Below are positions 6,400-16,780 of a stretch of 38,665 nt of DNA, in pieces. Source of the stretch: Microcoleaceae cyanobacterium (GTDB taxonomy: Bacteria > Cyanobacteriota > Cyanobacteriia > Cyanobacteriales > Microcoleaceae); assembly GCA_051652765.1 (NCBI GenBank), contig JBOFUV010000095.1, positions 1 through 38,665 on the forward strand, written 5' to 3'. The notes under the pieces were generated by a model. The model saw only the letters and a list, made by a program, of their open reading frames with translations. It did not search any database and had not been told where the DNA came from. The number at the start of each line of letters is the position of its first letter. Position 1 is the stretch's first letter. Made by a program: the position numbers and the translations under genes.

Positions 6400-7236
6400 A
6401 TGAGTAGCAGTACACCTTTTCTTCTCACCTCTGGCAACGATCAATTTACCATTGCCCCGGATCTCCAAAGGGATGTTTTGGCCCTAGAAGGCGATGATTT
6501 AGTGATTGGTTCCTCAGCATCTGACACCATTATTGGCAATCAAGGTAATGATACCCTTCAGGGATTAGGCAGTGCAGACCGGGTTTTGGGCGGTCAAGAC
6601 TTCGATTCCATTGGGGGCGATGAGGGGAACGATACTCTTAACGGCAATAAAGGGCCAGATTTTGTCAACGGCGGAACAGGAGACGATCTCATTCGCGGGG
6701 GCCAAGATCCAGACTTACTGATTGGGAACGAGGGGAGTGACTCTATCTTTGGCGATCGCGGCACAGATTTTCTGACTGGAAATGGGAGAAGTGATTTGTT
6801 TGCGCTTTCTTTCATCTCCTCTGAGCCCGATCCATTTGGGTTGGAGGCTGATGCCATCCTGGATTTTCAGGGGGCAGAGGGCGATCGCATCGGACTGCCC
6901 AATGGGTTGATCGAGACCGATTTGTTCTTAACGCCCTTTAGCTTAGAAATTGATACTTTGTTATCGGATGACCTTTTAGAGGCGATCGCGGATGCCCAAG
7001 ATCTGGGATTCCCCCTAGACCAGTTGAGAACTCTGTTGACTCCAGCCACACTGAGACAAGCCTTTCAACAATTTACCGGGGTTGATGTTGATCCCAATGG
7101 GGACGGGATCGTTGAGGGGACAACCATTGTCCTAGAAGCAACAGAGCAGATCATTGGACGAGCGGTTAATGTCACGGCCAATGACTTAGCCGGGGGCTTT
7201 ATCAGCTTGTCCCCGGAAGCATTGGCCCTGGGTTGA
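6400..7236 (+). CDS. Calcium-binding protein with RTX/hemolysin-type GGxGxD repeats
   Basis: About 10 nonapeptide repeats (GNQGNDTL, GDEGNDTL, GGTGDDLI), acidic C-terminus, GAGG RBS. Confidence 0.85.
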   Translation: MSSSTPFLLTSGNDQFTIAPDLQRDVLALEGDDLVIGSSASDTIIGNQGNDTLQGLGSADRVLGGQDFDSIGGDEGNDTLNGNKGPDFVNGGTGDDLIRGGQDPDLLIGNEGSDSIFGDRGTDFLTGNGRSDLFALSFISSEPDPFGLEADAILDFQGAEGDRIGLPNGLIETDLFLTPFSLEIDTLLSDDLLEAIADAQDLGFPLDQLRTLLTPATLRQAFQQFTGVDVDPNGDGIVEGTTIVLEATEQIIGRAVNVTANDLAGGFISLSPEALALG

Positions 7237-7413
7237 GGGTTGGGGGCCACTAGAAAAACATCGTGTTGTCTTGGCTGTTGAGATCTGGACTGTTAAGGCC
7301 AAAAGACCAGAGGCAGCTTTCAGTCCAGAAATATCCTGACTGGACTCGCGAGACAATAGTAGATAACAGCCAATTTAGAGAGTTCTACGCTCTCTTTTGG
7401 TTGATTCGGCAAC

Positions 7414-8166
7414 TTAAGGCAAAAGTTGATACAAGTGGTCTACAGTCAAATAATTTACAGCTTGAAGCGGCCCCGCAAGAACTCGACAGGGTTGATCCGG
7501 TTCTCCTAAGTGATTTAAGACCAACGTTGCATGGGCAAAATCTTGATCCTGGGTATAGCGATTAACGGTAACAATTGTCTTCAGTCCTGCTTGAGTAGCA
7601 GCCGTTAAACCCTGATGGGAATCTTCAAAAACCAAACCGTTTTGAGCAGTTAAATTAAGGTATTCTAGCACGTAAAAATAAATATCTGGGGCAGGTTTTT
7701 TCCGGGAAACAATATCCCCAGCCGCAATCACCTCAAACCAACTTGCATCCAGGTTTTTTTCTAGTAAAGCCAGAACAGTTGGCAAGGCACTCGTGGTAGC
7801 AATCGCTAGTTTTAATCCGTGTGATCTTGCCTCCTGAATCAACCGTTTGACTCCGGGTCGCAAAGGAATTGAACTATTCGCTAAAAGTTGTTGGTATCGT
7901 TCAGTTTTTTCCTGGTGGAGTTGAGCAACAAATTGTTCCAGGTTTTCCTTAACTTTAAACTCGGGTTGGTAGCGATTTAAGTAATCGTGAATTCGCTCTT
8001 TTCCCCCTGAAATATTCAGAAGCTCCCCATACAATTCTTCAGACCAATTCCAGTCTAGTCCTGCCGCTGCAAAGGTCTGATTAAAAGCAACTCGATGACC
8101 TTGTCGTTCCGTATCAGCCAAGGTTCCATCAACATCAAAGATTAATGCTTTTAGTGAGTTAATCAT
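7414..8166 (-). CDS. cbbY: HAD-IA hydrolase, CbbY family
   Basis: Motifs FDVDGTLADTERQGHRVAFN, GGKERI, KKPAPDIY and FEDS. Confidence 0.85.
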   Translation of the reverse strand: MINSLKALIFDVDGTLADTERQGHRVAFNQTFAAAGLDWNWSEELYGELLNISGGKERIHDYLNRYQPEFKVKENLEQFVAQLHQEKTERYQQLLANSSIPLRPGVKRLIQEARSHGLKLAIATTSALPTVLALLEKNLDASWFEVIAAGDIVSRKKPAPDIYFYVLEYLNLTAQNGLVFEDSHQGLTAATQAGLKTIVTVNRYTQDQDFAHATLVLNHLGEPDQPCRVLAGPLQAVNYLTVDHLYQLLP

Positions 8167-8354
8167 AATTTTGGCTCAACTCGATGATCGAGAATTTCTG
8201 GAGAACGTTTACCATCTTGTAATTGAAAGCCCTGCTGTTCAAAATGCTCAACGAATTGAGTGGGATTGGAATCAGTTGGAAGAAAAGATTGAGTTGGATT
8301 TGACTGATTTTCAAGCTGTTTTCTAAGCCGTTTAAGTTTAGCGTTCTTACCCAT
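8163..8354 (-). CDS. Small hypothetical protein (63 aa)
   Basis: Its stop overlaps the cbbY start (ATGA), suggesting translational coupling; basic N-terminus. Confidence 0.7.
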   Translation of the reverse strand: MGKNAKLKRLRKQLENQSNPTQSFLPTDSNPTQFVEHFEQQGFQLQDGKRSPEILDHRVEPKL

Positions 8355-8581
8355 TTTTCTTGGATTTAAGGTTCAAGATTTAAGCTTCAGGAACTACAGA
8401 AAAGTATTAAAGTACAATCAAGAAGCATAGGCCCATCGTAACTCACATTTCTCAAATTCGATCCGAGATAGGATCACCTCCCCTAAACCTATATTATTAA
8501 CCTATAGGGAAGTCATAATGGGCTGGTTCTGAGACTTTAGCACTTCAAGTAAGGAAAATTGTAGAACGTGTTTTCTACCAC

Positions 8582-8599
8582 TTTACAGTTTTTTACAGC
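8582..8599 (+). promoter_or_regulatory. HLR1-like (RpaB-type) direct repeat
   Basis: TTTACAGT-TT-TTTACAGC, 10-bp period, in a 630-bp intergenic region. Confidence 0.4.
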
Positions 8600-8688
8600 A
8601 ATGATTAGAGACCAGGAAAGGCGCTGATGAAGCCTTGACTAACCTTCTAAAGCACCTTTCTAAAAGTGATGTTAAGCGTTTAAAATCT

Positions 8689-8721
8689 GAGGAGAAGCAT
8701 TAAACTGCTTCCTCTCTTTTT
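8689..8721 (+). terminator. Intrinsic terminator-like hairpin on the plus strand
   Basis: GAGGAGAAGCA-ttaaac-TGCTTCCTCTC followed by a T run. Confidence 0.5.
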
Positions 8722-8986
8722 GTGTGATTTAACCCAGCCATTGACCAGATTAATTGAATAAGGATCACGCGGGAAACTGCATCAAGTTGCTTGACATTTT
8801 CCTGATCCAGGAGTTTGGAAACGGGGTCAATGGATTGCTTCATGGTTATCTTTATCTGAAGAGCGAATACTGGTTTCAAGCTTGGTAGTGAGGATCAGTT
8901 GTTCTCACAAATTTCTGATCATTAATCAACCCTAGTAAGCTTAATTTTAAGCGAAAGAAGAATGATGTGAATGTGACATGTCTCAC

Positions 8987-10618
8987 CTAAATCCATGATG
9001 AAAGCCACATTCTTATCTGCCAAGCTGTAGGGGACAGCGGCAAGCCCAGATAAATTGGCAACCAAAAAATAAATGCGATCGCAATCACAAAAATTAAAGA
9101 AATTCCCATGATTCTCAGAAATGGTTTACGACTTCTGATTAACTTCTCAATCCACCAACTGACTGCCATCACAGCAAAAACTAACGCACTCATGTAGTGA
9201 TAAAGAAACACACAGCGAGTGATTTGAGTCCAGGGAAGAAAATTAGCCGACCAATTGATAATAATGTAGAGGATTAACCAAAATTCAGTCAGATTAAGGG
9301 ATCGAGCTAGGTTTCCTGAAGGCCCAATTAAAAGTGCAGAATTTTTGGCTTTAGAGATAATCCAGAGTTGCTGAATGAACGCTCCGATTAACAGCAAGAG
9401 CGCGATCGCAGATAACCACCATAAAACTGGATTTCCCATGCCATGAACATCATAAATCAAAGGCAGTTCTGAACTAGAAGAGGGTGGCAAGATTGATGGA
9501 GGTGTGGAAGCAGTCTCTAATGTTCCAGAGTCTAACGTTCCAAGCTCTAATTTTTCATACAGATACGCCGTCGGTCTCAACAGCAGAGGCCAAGTATACC
9601 AAGGCGCACAGTAGGGATGAACCTCAGACCCACTCCCCAGATTTCGATGATAGTCCAGCATTGAGGACTGCACCTGCCAAAGTCCAGGTTCCGGGTTGAG
9701 TTGCAGATGGGGCAGCCACAGCAGGAAATAAATGAGCAAGGGCAAAATCACCAAGCTAGAAAGACATTGAGAAACTGTAAGGGTTGTGAGTTGTTGGAGT
9801 GGGGAGGGAGTCTGAACTTGGGGCGAATGAGCTAGATTCAAGTCTAATCCGGGCTTGGGGGCTCGTCGAGGGACAGATAAAAATGTTGATTGAACAGTGT
9901 TTGATTGAACAGGCGTTGGTTTGAAAGGAGCCTTGAAAACCAGACGAAAAATCCATGCACAAGCAAGTAAGGTGTTAATACCCAGGAGAAATCCTAAGCC
10001 ATTCCACTTTGCCGCTACCGTTGCTCCGAAACAAGCTCCAGCAAGGGTTAAAAATCCCCAGCGCTTAGAGCTTTGCTGGTTAAGAGCAATTAGAAAAAAG
10101 AGTTGTGCTAATAATCCAAAAAAAACAATATAAACATTGCTTAAAGCATATCGAGATTCCACCAGAAACAATCCATCTAATGCCATTAACGCTGTTGTAA
10201 TTAAGGCATAACTTCGGCGATGAGTGAGCTGGTAAGCGATCGCTCCAGTTAGTGGGGGAATCAACGAGCCAAACAGGGCATTAAACCACCGATAACTCCA
10301 GGTTGATAAGGTTGATCCTGCTAAATTATTAACGGTTTCTTGCCCAAATGGTAGGTGAGACCCGATCCAGATCCCGATAGCAACAAGATATTGAGCCAAG
10401 GGAGGATGAGCATTGAAAAATGGGGTTTGAGTTAGATAGTTGTTGGCAAATTTGGCGTAGTAAACTTCGTCAAAGACTAGAGTATTAAAGCGACTCAATC
10501 CCCAAAATCTTAAGCTTAATGAAAGTAGAAATAAGCTAACCATCCCAAGCCTGAACCAGGATATTGAACGCCGAGAAAATTGCCGAGAAAACCTGTGAGC
10601 AAATGAATCACGGGGCAT
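8987..10618 (-). CDS. Polyprenyl-phosphate-mannose:protein O-mannosyltransferase (PMT/GT39 family)
   Basis: Motifs VFDEVYY, HPPL, HPY.A.W.TWP, GNPVLWW and R.VFLYHY; multiple TM helices. Confidence 0.9.
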   Translation of the reverse strand: MPRDSFAHRFSRQFSRRSISWFRLGMVSLFLLSLSLRFWGLSRFNTLVFDEVYYAKFANNYLTQTPFFNAHPPLAQYLVAIGIWIGSHLPFGQETVNNLAGSTLSTWSYRWFNALFGSLIPPLTGAIAYQLTHRRSYALITTALMALDGLFLVESRYALSNVYIVFFGLLAQLFFLIALNQQSSKRWGFLTLAGACFGATVAAKWNGLGFLLGINTLLACAWIFRLVFKAPFKPTPVQSNTVQSTFLSVPRRAPKPGLDLNLAHSPQVQTPSPLQQLTTLTVSQCLSSLVILPLLIYFLLWLPHLQLNPEPGLWQVQSSMLDYHRNLGSGSEVHPYCAPWYTWPLLLRPTAYLYEKLELGTLDSGTLETASTPPSILPPSSSSELPLIYDVHGMGNPVLWWLSAIALLLLIGAFIQQLWIISKAKNSALLIGPSGNLARSLNLTEFWLILYIIINWSANFLPWTQITRCVFLYHYMSALVFAVMAVSWWIEKLIRSRKPFLRIMGISLIFVIAIAFIFWLPIYLGLPLSPTAWQIRMWLSSWI

Positions 10619-10672
10619 AGCCTTGCAGAAGAAAGTCTTTGAGCCTTTATCGATGAATACTTAATCTAATAC

Positions 10673-11032
10673 TTAATCTATAAATACTGTAACGGCAGCA
10701 ACAGCAATCAACATTTCATCGTTTTTGTCATGGAGTTCGGCGATCGCGCGTCCTTGAACAATCATTCCCCCGGATTCCAGAGTTAAGGTCTTTTGACCAA
10801 AGGGCAAGACGGACAACACCTCCTCAACCCTCACCTGATCGGGATAAGGAACTGCAACCTGAACTTCCACAATCATCTGATCAGGGTGCGTCAACCCTGC
10901 GACCTCCCAAACTCCAGGCAAGGCATTGTTGGCGATCGCATTTCGGACAGCACGGGCAGCAGCAACTGTCGGATCTTGACCATGTTGGTCAATCCCCATC
11001 CCCATTTCAATAATGAACCGTCTACGACTCAC
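10673..11032 (-). CDS. Lin0512 family protein
   Basis: IIEMGMGIDQHGQDPTVAAARAVRNAI signature. Confidence 0.85.
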   Translation of the reverse strand: MSRRRFIIEMGMGIDQHGQDPTVAAARAVRNAIANNALPGVWEVAGLTHPDQMIVEVQVAVPYPDQVRVEEVLSVLPFGQKTLTLESGGMIVQGRAIAELHDKNDEMLIAVAAVTVFID

Positions 11033-11044
11033 TTAGTAACTCAC

Positions 11045-11668
11045 TTAGCGCTTAGAATACTTCTGATTTTGCTCGTTATACATTGCTAGCAACACCCGAC
11101 CCGGATCAACCCAACGACCACTATACTTTAGGCCCCAGTGCAGGTGCGGGCCTGTTGTTCGTCCAGTCATCCCAACTCGAGCGATTCTGGAACCCGAAGA
11201 GATAATCTGTCCTTCCCAGAGCTGGAGGCCGCCTTGACGATCCACAAAGTAAGTACGACCTGTACTATCCTTTTCTACACTCCCCTGAACATGGCAATAG
11301 ATATGAGTCCATTGACCCGACTCAATGGCAATTCCAGTTCCACAGCGGCCATCTTCCCAAACCTCAACGACCGTACCCGTCCACCAATTGCGAATATAGC
11401 TGCCCTGGGGCGCGGCCATGTCTAAGCCGTAGTGAAAGCCGCTAGAGCGATAACCAAACGGGGAAGTGTATTCCAAGAAGTTTTCAACGGGGAAAGAAGC
11501 CCCCGACCAATTCAGAGATGCGGAAGCTTGACCGTTCTCTCTTGCCTCAACGAGTTTCTGCCATCCGAAAGAAACAGCCCCTAAACCCATCAGACCCGCT
11601 AATAATAAAACTTTACTCGGCAGAGCCCGAGCCTTAAAAGACAGGCGAGAGATTAATTGATTGATCAT
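11045..11668 (-). CDS. M23 family metallopeptidase, exported
   Basis: HxxxD (HYGLD) and HxH (GPHLH) motifs; N-terminal hydrophobic segment. ATG 11668 has a GAGGAG RBS. Confidence 0.9.
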   Translation of the reverse strand: MINQLISRLSFKARALPSKVLLLAGLMGLGAVSFGWQKLVEARENGQASASLNWSGASFPVENFLEYTSPFGYRSSGFHYGLDMAAPQGSYIRNWWTGTVVEVWEDGRCGTGIAIESGQWTHIYCHVQGSVEKDSTGRTYFVDRQGGLQLWEGQIISSGSRIARVGMTGRTTGPHLHWGLKYSGRWVDPGRVLLAMYNEQNQKYSKR

Positions 11669-12125
11669 TTCACTCCTCAAATGGCAAATTCGCAAAGATG
11701 CTGAGTTAGCTTACGAGCCAGTATTTTACTGCATATTATGCCCTAATCCAACAGTCTAGTAGTTTGTCAAACTCATTTGAGTTGTGTCGGTTGGTGTCAA
11801 ACTGGCGAGGATCAACAGCCTCAAACTAACATTCTCAAAAGCCACAGGAATTCCAAGTCATTTGTGAACGCTTGTAGAAATAAGCCTGTGTTTTAAAGTA
11901 AACAGGAGAAACGAGTCAACTTATAAACCTAAGCTAGACAGATCACGAGTTGAATTTCGTTAAGATTTTGACTTACCATAAGCTTAACCTGACGAAATCA
12001 ACAGGCAACATTAGTGGATGAAACTGACAGTTGCCAGAGCTGCCAGATCCCTAGACCTCTGATCAACTTTTTTGGTTCCTCTCCACAACAGCAAATCGTG
12101 GACCCACACAGTATGAGCAAACTCA

Positions 12126-12512
12126 ATGATCCTAGTTGACTTCTTTCCTTTCAGCTTGACCCTCGATCCGAACACAATTGCTGGAGCCACTCTTTGGTCA
12201 CTTGCCCTATATTGGGGGTTTTCTCCAGTGAGCGAATGGGTGATGGAGCAACTGGCTCGATGGTTTAACTTTGCAGAGCGATCGCTGTATACCTCTGAGG
12301 AGGAATTTGAACGCACACGCCCTAGTCGTGAAGCCCAGAATGCTTTCTATGCCTCACTGTTCAGCATTATTCCGTTTCTAACGATTGGGACAGTATGTAA
12401 CTGGTTGGTAGAGGTAGGCTTAGGGTCAGGCTGGGCAATTAGTATGGGTATGATTGCCTGCATTAGCTGTGGAGTCTATGAGTTGGGTCGGCGAGATAGT
12501 CAGGGAGGATAA
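12126..12512 (+). CDS. Hypothetical membrane protein
   Basis: 128 aa with three hydrophobic segments; fills the gap between convergent/divergent genes. Confidence 0.8.
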   Translation: MILVDFFPFSLTLDPNTIAGATLWSLALYWGFSPVSEWVMEQLARWFNFAERSLYTSEEEFERTRPSREAQNAFYASLFSIIPFLTIGTVCNWLVEVGLGSGWAISMGMIACISCGVYELGRRDSQGG

Positions 12513-12562
12513 CTCATCGGCTAATCTTCATCAGCTAATCTTCATCAGCTAATCTTGAGCGA

Positions 12563-13384
12563 TTAACCCGCACTCGGCAGGGTTAAAATCTCAACTCCAG
12601 TTGTTGTCACCGCAACCGTATGTTCAAACTGCGCCGAAAGTTTTCCATCGGCGGTAATCGCTGTCCACCCGTCCTCCAGCATTCTGGCTTCCCAAGTCCC
12701 TTCATTAATCATGGGCTCAATGGTGAACACCATGCCGGGACGCAGTTTTTTCCCTTTCCCCAGTTGGCCATAGTGAGGAACCTGGGGTTCTGTGTGAAAC
12801 GTGGTGCTTACCCCATGCCCAACAAAATCCCGAACCACAGAAAACCCTTGAGCTTCTGCGTATTCCTGAATGGCTGCCCCGATATCCCCAATTCGGCCTC
12901 CTGGCTTCACTGCGGCAATCCCTCGCATCATGCATTCGTAGGTAACGTCTACCAACTTTTGAGCAATGGGTGTAGGGGTACCCAACAGAAACGTTCTCGA
13001 GGTGTCTCCATGGTAGCCGTCCAATACTGGAGTGACATCAATATTGATAATATCTCCATCCCTCAAGATTTGCTTAGCATTCGGAATCCCATGACAAATC
13101 ACATGATTGACGCTGGTACAAATCGATTTAGGAAAGGGATTATTCCCAGTAGGATCATATCTCAAAGGAGCACTGCGGGCATTGTGAGCTTGAGTCCATC
13201 GTTCAGCCTCGTCGTTGAGTTCTAGGGTGCTGACTCCGGGTCGAACCATTGGCTCCAAGTAATTCAGTAGTTGAGCGGCTAACTGTCCAGCCTGACGCAT
13301 TTTTTCGATTTCACGGCGTGATAACAACACCATCGATTCACTTCCCATGGGTTCTTGCTTGAGACTCGCTTCTTGTAATTCCAT
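12563..13384 (-). CDS. map: Type I methionine aminopeptidase
   Basis: Motifs ICHGIP, INIDVT, DGYHGDTSRTF, VGHGV, FTIEPMIN and SAQFEHT. Confidence 0.96.
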   Translation of the reverse strand: MELQEASLKQEPMGSESMVLLSRREIEKMRQAGQLAAQLLNYLEPMVRPGVSTLELNDEAERWTQAHNARSAPLRYDPTGNNPFPKSICTSVNHVICHGIPNAKQILRDGDIINIDVTPVLDGYHGDTSRTFLLGTPTPIAQKLVDVTYECMMRGIAAVKPGGRIGDIGAAIQEYAEAQGFSVVRDFVGHGVSTTFHTEPQVPHYGQLGKGKKLRPGMVFTIEPMINEGTWEARMLEDGWTAITADGKLSAQFEHTVAVTTTGVEILTLPSAG

Positions 13385-13509
13385 ATCTATGATTCAAAAT
13401 CTATGATTCAAAGTATCACAATCACTTCCTGCACTCTATTCTAATTCTGGATTCCAATGCTGGGATTTTTACCATCCAGTTTTGTACTCACGGGTTTACT
13501 CTTGCGGGT

Positions 13510-13902
13510 TTACTCTTGCGGTTTGACTGATAATCTCCAAGCCGCGATCGCCAAACCTCCCCATCCCACAATCAAGACTGCTCCACCAATCGGAGTAATC
13601 GCTCCCAGCCAACCGATTCCAGTCAAGCTTAAACCATAAAGACTACCGGAAAAAATCAAAGTGCCCAGCACAAAAGCAACCCCAGTCGCCACCATGAGGG
13701 GTCGGGGAGATTCAATCTGTAGCAGAAGGACTCCTACCAGCAGTAATGCCAAAGCATGGTACATCTGATAGCGAACCCCTGTCCCAAAAACTTCTAAAGC
13801 CCGTTCACTGAGTTGTCCACGCAAGGCATGGGTGCCGAAGGCTCCGGCGATAACCGCTAAACCGCCTAAAATTGCAGCAATAAACAAGAAGATTCGACTC
13901 AT
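13510..13902 (-). CDS. DUF423 family membrane protein
   Basis: Motifs GAFGTHAL, YQMYHAL, FSGSLY and ITPIGG. Confidence 0.9.
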   Translation of the reverse strand: MSRIFLFIAAILGGLAVIAGAFGTHALRGQLSERALEVFGTGVRYQMYHALALLLVGVLLLQIESPRPLMVATGVAFVLGTLIFSGSLYGLSLTGIGWLGAITPIGGAVLIVGWGGLAIAAWRLSVKPQE

Positions 13903-14124
13903 TTCTAGCCTGAAATTCCAATCAATAAGTAGGCATGATGCAACCGGATAAAATAGCTCAGCTTTTTACTGACAACGAACCCAACAATCGCCCCTTACTC
14001 AGCAGATGCCGCACAAACAGTACAGTGGAGGATATTACTCCTGGGACGATCGAATTTGGTTGATCCTTTTATTTCTGGTTCACGCGCCTTAAACTATTCA
14101 CTATACCCTAGGGAGAAATCCACT

Positions 14125-14361
14125 ATGAGCATGGAAGACAAGATTAATGCTGCGGCCAAAGATGCGGAAGGCAAACTAGAATCTGCTGCAGGTGAAGTCA
14201 CTGGCGACAACCAAATGAAAGCAGAAGGAGAACTCAAGCAAGTCCAGGCAGGCATTATGAATGCAGCGGAAGATCTCAAAGACAAAGCCCTGAATTTAGT
14301 CGATGGATTGAAGGATGCTGTGAGCGATGTCGTTGAGAATGTGAAGGAAAAATTGGATTAG
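14125..14361 (+). CDS. csbD: CsbD family stress protein
   Basis: EGKLESAAGEVTGD..MKAEG motif; ATG 14125 follows GGGAGA. Confidence 0.85.
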   Translation: MSMEDKINAAAKDAEGKLESAAGEVTGDNQMKAEGELKQVQAGIMNAAEDLKDKALNLVDGLKDAVSDVVENVKEKLD

Positions 14362-14401
14362 GATCTGACTAAAGTCTGAGGTACTACTGTACAACGGTTT
14401 A

Positions 14402-14444
14402 CAAGCCCACCCTTACCCAGTTGACGGGCGATCGGGTGGGCTTG
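14402..14444 (+). terminator. Hairpin downstream of csbD
   Basis: CAAGCCCACCC...GGGTGGGCTTG inverted repeat. Confidence 0.55.
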
Positions 14445-14452
14445 GTTTAAGG

Positions 14453-14484
14453 CCATCAAAGGTAGCAATTGCTACCTTTGATGG
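14453..14484. repeat. Perfect 32-bp palindrome between convergent csbD and ureC
   Basis: CCATCAAAGGTAGCAA|TTGCTACCTTTGATGG. Confidence 0.85.
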
Positions 14485-14520
14485 GGGAGTCTGGTGCAAG
14501 TGTCATTGGGTTCACATCCC

Positions 14521-16239
14521 TTAAAACAAAAAATACCGTTGAGCCATGGGCAGAATTTCAGCAGGTTCACAGGTGAGTAATTCTCCATCCGCCCGCACTT
14601 CATAGGTTTCTGAGTCCACTTCCATGTGTGGTAAAGCTGTGTTTAACTTCATGTCAGCTTTGCTCAACTGGCGAGTGTTTGAGACTGCGATCGCCGGTTT
14701 TTGTAAGCCCAGTCTTTGAGGAATATCTGCGGTTAACGCGGCCTGAGACACAAAGGTAAACGAGGTTGCGGCAATGGCCCCGCCATAACTAGCAAACATC
14801 GGGCGCATGTGAACGGGTTGCGGGGTGGGAATGCTGGCATTGGCATCACCCATTTGTGAACTAGCAATCATTCCGCCTTTGATCACCAGTTCTGGTTTCA
14901 CGCCAAAAAAGGCAGGCTTCCACAGACAGAGATCGGCAATTTTTCCGGCTTCTACAGAACCCACCTGGTCAGAAATCCCGTGGGTAATAGCAGGGTTAAT
15001 TGTGTATTTTGCGATATAACGCTTGGCGCGAAAATTGTCGTGGGTTTCGCTAGAATTCTCGGGAGATGGCAGCAAACCTCGTTGCCCTTTCATTTTGTGA
15101 GCCGTTTGCCAGGTACGAATGATTGTTTCTCCCACCCGTCCCATGGCTTGAGAATCCGAAGAAATCATGCTAAACGCCCCCAAGTCATGCAAGATGTCTT
15201 CGGCAGCAATGGTTTCTCGACGAATTCTTGACTCAGCAAAAGCCACATCTTCTGGAATATTGCGGTCTAAATGATGACACACCATCAACATATCCAAATG
15301 TTCTTCTAAGGTGTTCATTGTGTAAGGCCGGGTCGGATTGGTGGAGGAAGGCAACACATTATGCAGCCCACAAACCTTGATAATATCGGGAGCATGACCG
15401 CCCCCGGCCCCTTCTGTGTGGTAGGTGTGAATCACTCGATTTTTAAACGCTTGAATCGTGGCTTCCACAAACCCGGCTTCATTCAAGGTATCCGTATGAA
15501 TGGCAACTTGAACATCGTATTCATCGGCAACATTCAAGCAGGTATCAATAGTTGCAGGGGTTGTTCCCCAATCTTCATGGAGCTTTAACCCCATGGCCCC
15601 AGCAACAATTTGTTCGACCAACCCTTCTGGTTTCGCACTATTGCCCTTGCCGAGAAATCCCAAGTTTACCGGGAAGGCATCAGCAGCTTGCAACATCCGA
15701 TGAATATTCCAGGCTCCCGGCGTGCAGGTTGTAGCATTGGTTCCAGTCGCAGGGCCTGTGCCCCCCCCCATCATTGTGGTAATCCCTGAGGCGATCGCGG
15801 TCTCGATTTGTTGGGGACAAATGAAGTGAATATGGCTGTCAATCCCTCCTGCGGTGAGGATCATCCCTTCTCCAGCAATCACCTCTGTAGCAGGGCCGAT
15901 GATAATGTCAACGTTGTCCTGAATGTAAGGATTTCCGGCTTTGCCCAGCTTGAAAATTCTGCCGTCTCTGATGCCAATATCTGCCTTGACAATGCCCCAC
16001 CAATCCAAGATCAAGGCATTGGTGATCACTAAATCCACTGCACCGTCGGCTCGGGAAATGGGAGATTGCCCCATGCCATCCCGAATGACCTTACCTCCCC
16101 CAAACTTGACCTCATCGCCATAGGTGGTATAGTCCCGTTCAACTTCAATCAAAAGTTCCGTGTCCGCTAACCGAACGCGATCGCCCACAGTTGGGCCAAA
16201 AGTTTCTGCATAGGCACGACGATCCATGCGATAGCTCAT
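14521..16239 (-). CDS. ureC: Urease subunit alpha
   Basis: Motifs [43 protein letters not shown] and SSDSQAMGR. Confidence 0.98.
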   Translation of the reverse strand: MSYRMDRRAYAETFGPTVGDRVRLADTELLIEVERDYTTYGDEVKFGGGKVIRDGMGQSPISRADGAVDLVITNALILDWWGIVKADIGIRDGRIFKLGKAGNPYIQDNVDIIIGPATEVIAGEGMILTAGGIDSHIHFICPQQIETAIASGITTMMGGGTGPATGTNATTCTPGAWNIHRMLQAADAFPVNLGFLGKGNSAKPEGLVEQIVAGAMGLKLHEDWGTTPATIDTCLNVADEYDVQVAIHTDTLNEAGFVEATIQAFKNRVIHTYHTEGAGGGHAPDIIKVCGLHNVLPSSTNPTRPYTMNTLEEHLDMLMVCHHLDRNIPEDVAFAESRIRRETIAAEDILHDLGAFSMISSDSQAMGRVGETIIRTWQTAHKMKGQRGLLPSPENSSETHDNFRAKRYIAKYTINPAITHGISDQVGSVEAGKIADLCLWKPAFFGVKPELVIKGGMIASSQMGDANASIPTPQPVHMRPMFASYGGAIAATSFTFVSQAALTADIPQRLGLQKPAIAVSNTRQLSKADMKLNTALPHMEVDSETYEVRADGELLTCEPAEILPMAQRYFLF

Positions 16240-16371
16240 ATTGATAGTCTCCTGATGTTAAAGAGAGCCTCCCAAGTTCCTGACCCGGTTAACGTTGCGG
16301 GACGAGTTCACTACTGCTCCGCAGAAGCGCCCTACGCCCCTGCCCATCAAAATCACTCCTGAATTTATTCC

Positions 16372-16581
16372 CTAGTCAATCGAAATTGACTGGGGGCCAT
16401 CGCCACGATTTTTGTCAGTTGGTGGAGTAGAAGAACGAGGGGTTGAAGCTCCCTGCTGGTCTAGCCAGCTTTTGACAGGATCATCATACAAATTGAGTTT
16501 GAGTAAACCAGAGAATAGCCCTCCCAAGAAGGCCACAGGCTCACGGGTAAATCCTTCGACAATTGGCTTTAGCTCATCCAT
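16372..16581 (-). CDS. Small hypothetical protein
   Basis: 69 aa, AAGGAG RBS nearby, co-oriented with its neighbours; ends GPQSISID. Confidence 0.75.
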   Translation of the reverse strand: MDELKPIVEGFTREPVAFLGGLFSGLLKLNLYDDPVKSWLDQQGASTPRSSTPPTDKNRGDGPQSISID

Positions 16582-16780
16582 AACAAACTAAGATCTCCTT
16601 CGCTGAGATGAAACGTTTCTGCAACTTCACTCAAATCTTAACGCGGACTGGAAAAAATCGAATCTTTCAGCCAACGAGTCGTTTGTCTAGATCGATTTTG
16701 CGGGTTGGGTAGTAGCTGTCTGCCCGTTCGATACTAACCTACATAACCCCATCAAAATTGACTACTACTAGTAACTTTTA

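Noticed and set aside
12620..13225. Long antisense or alternate-frame ORFs (also 25564-26058, 28819-29442, 18386-18805, 16768-17166 and others)
   Set aside because: They are shadows of well-supported genes and show no motifs.
14521..16239. ureC without ureA/ureB or accessory genes
   Set aside because: Scattered urease genes are established in several cyanobacteria such as Synechocystis, so this is not unusual.
16262..16345. GC-rich segment upstream of ureC as a riboswitch
   Set aside because: No recognisable aptamer consensus; it more likely represents a degenerate REP or dispersed-repeat remnant.
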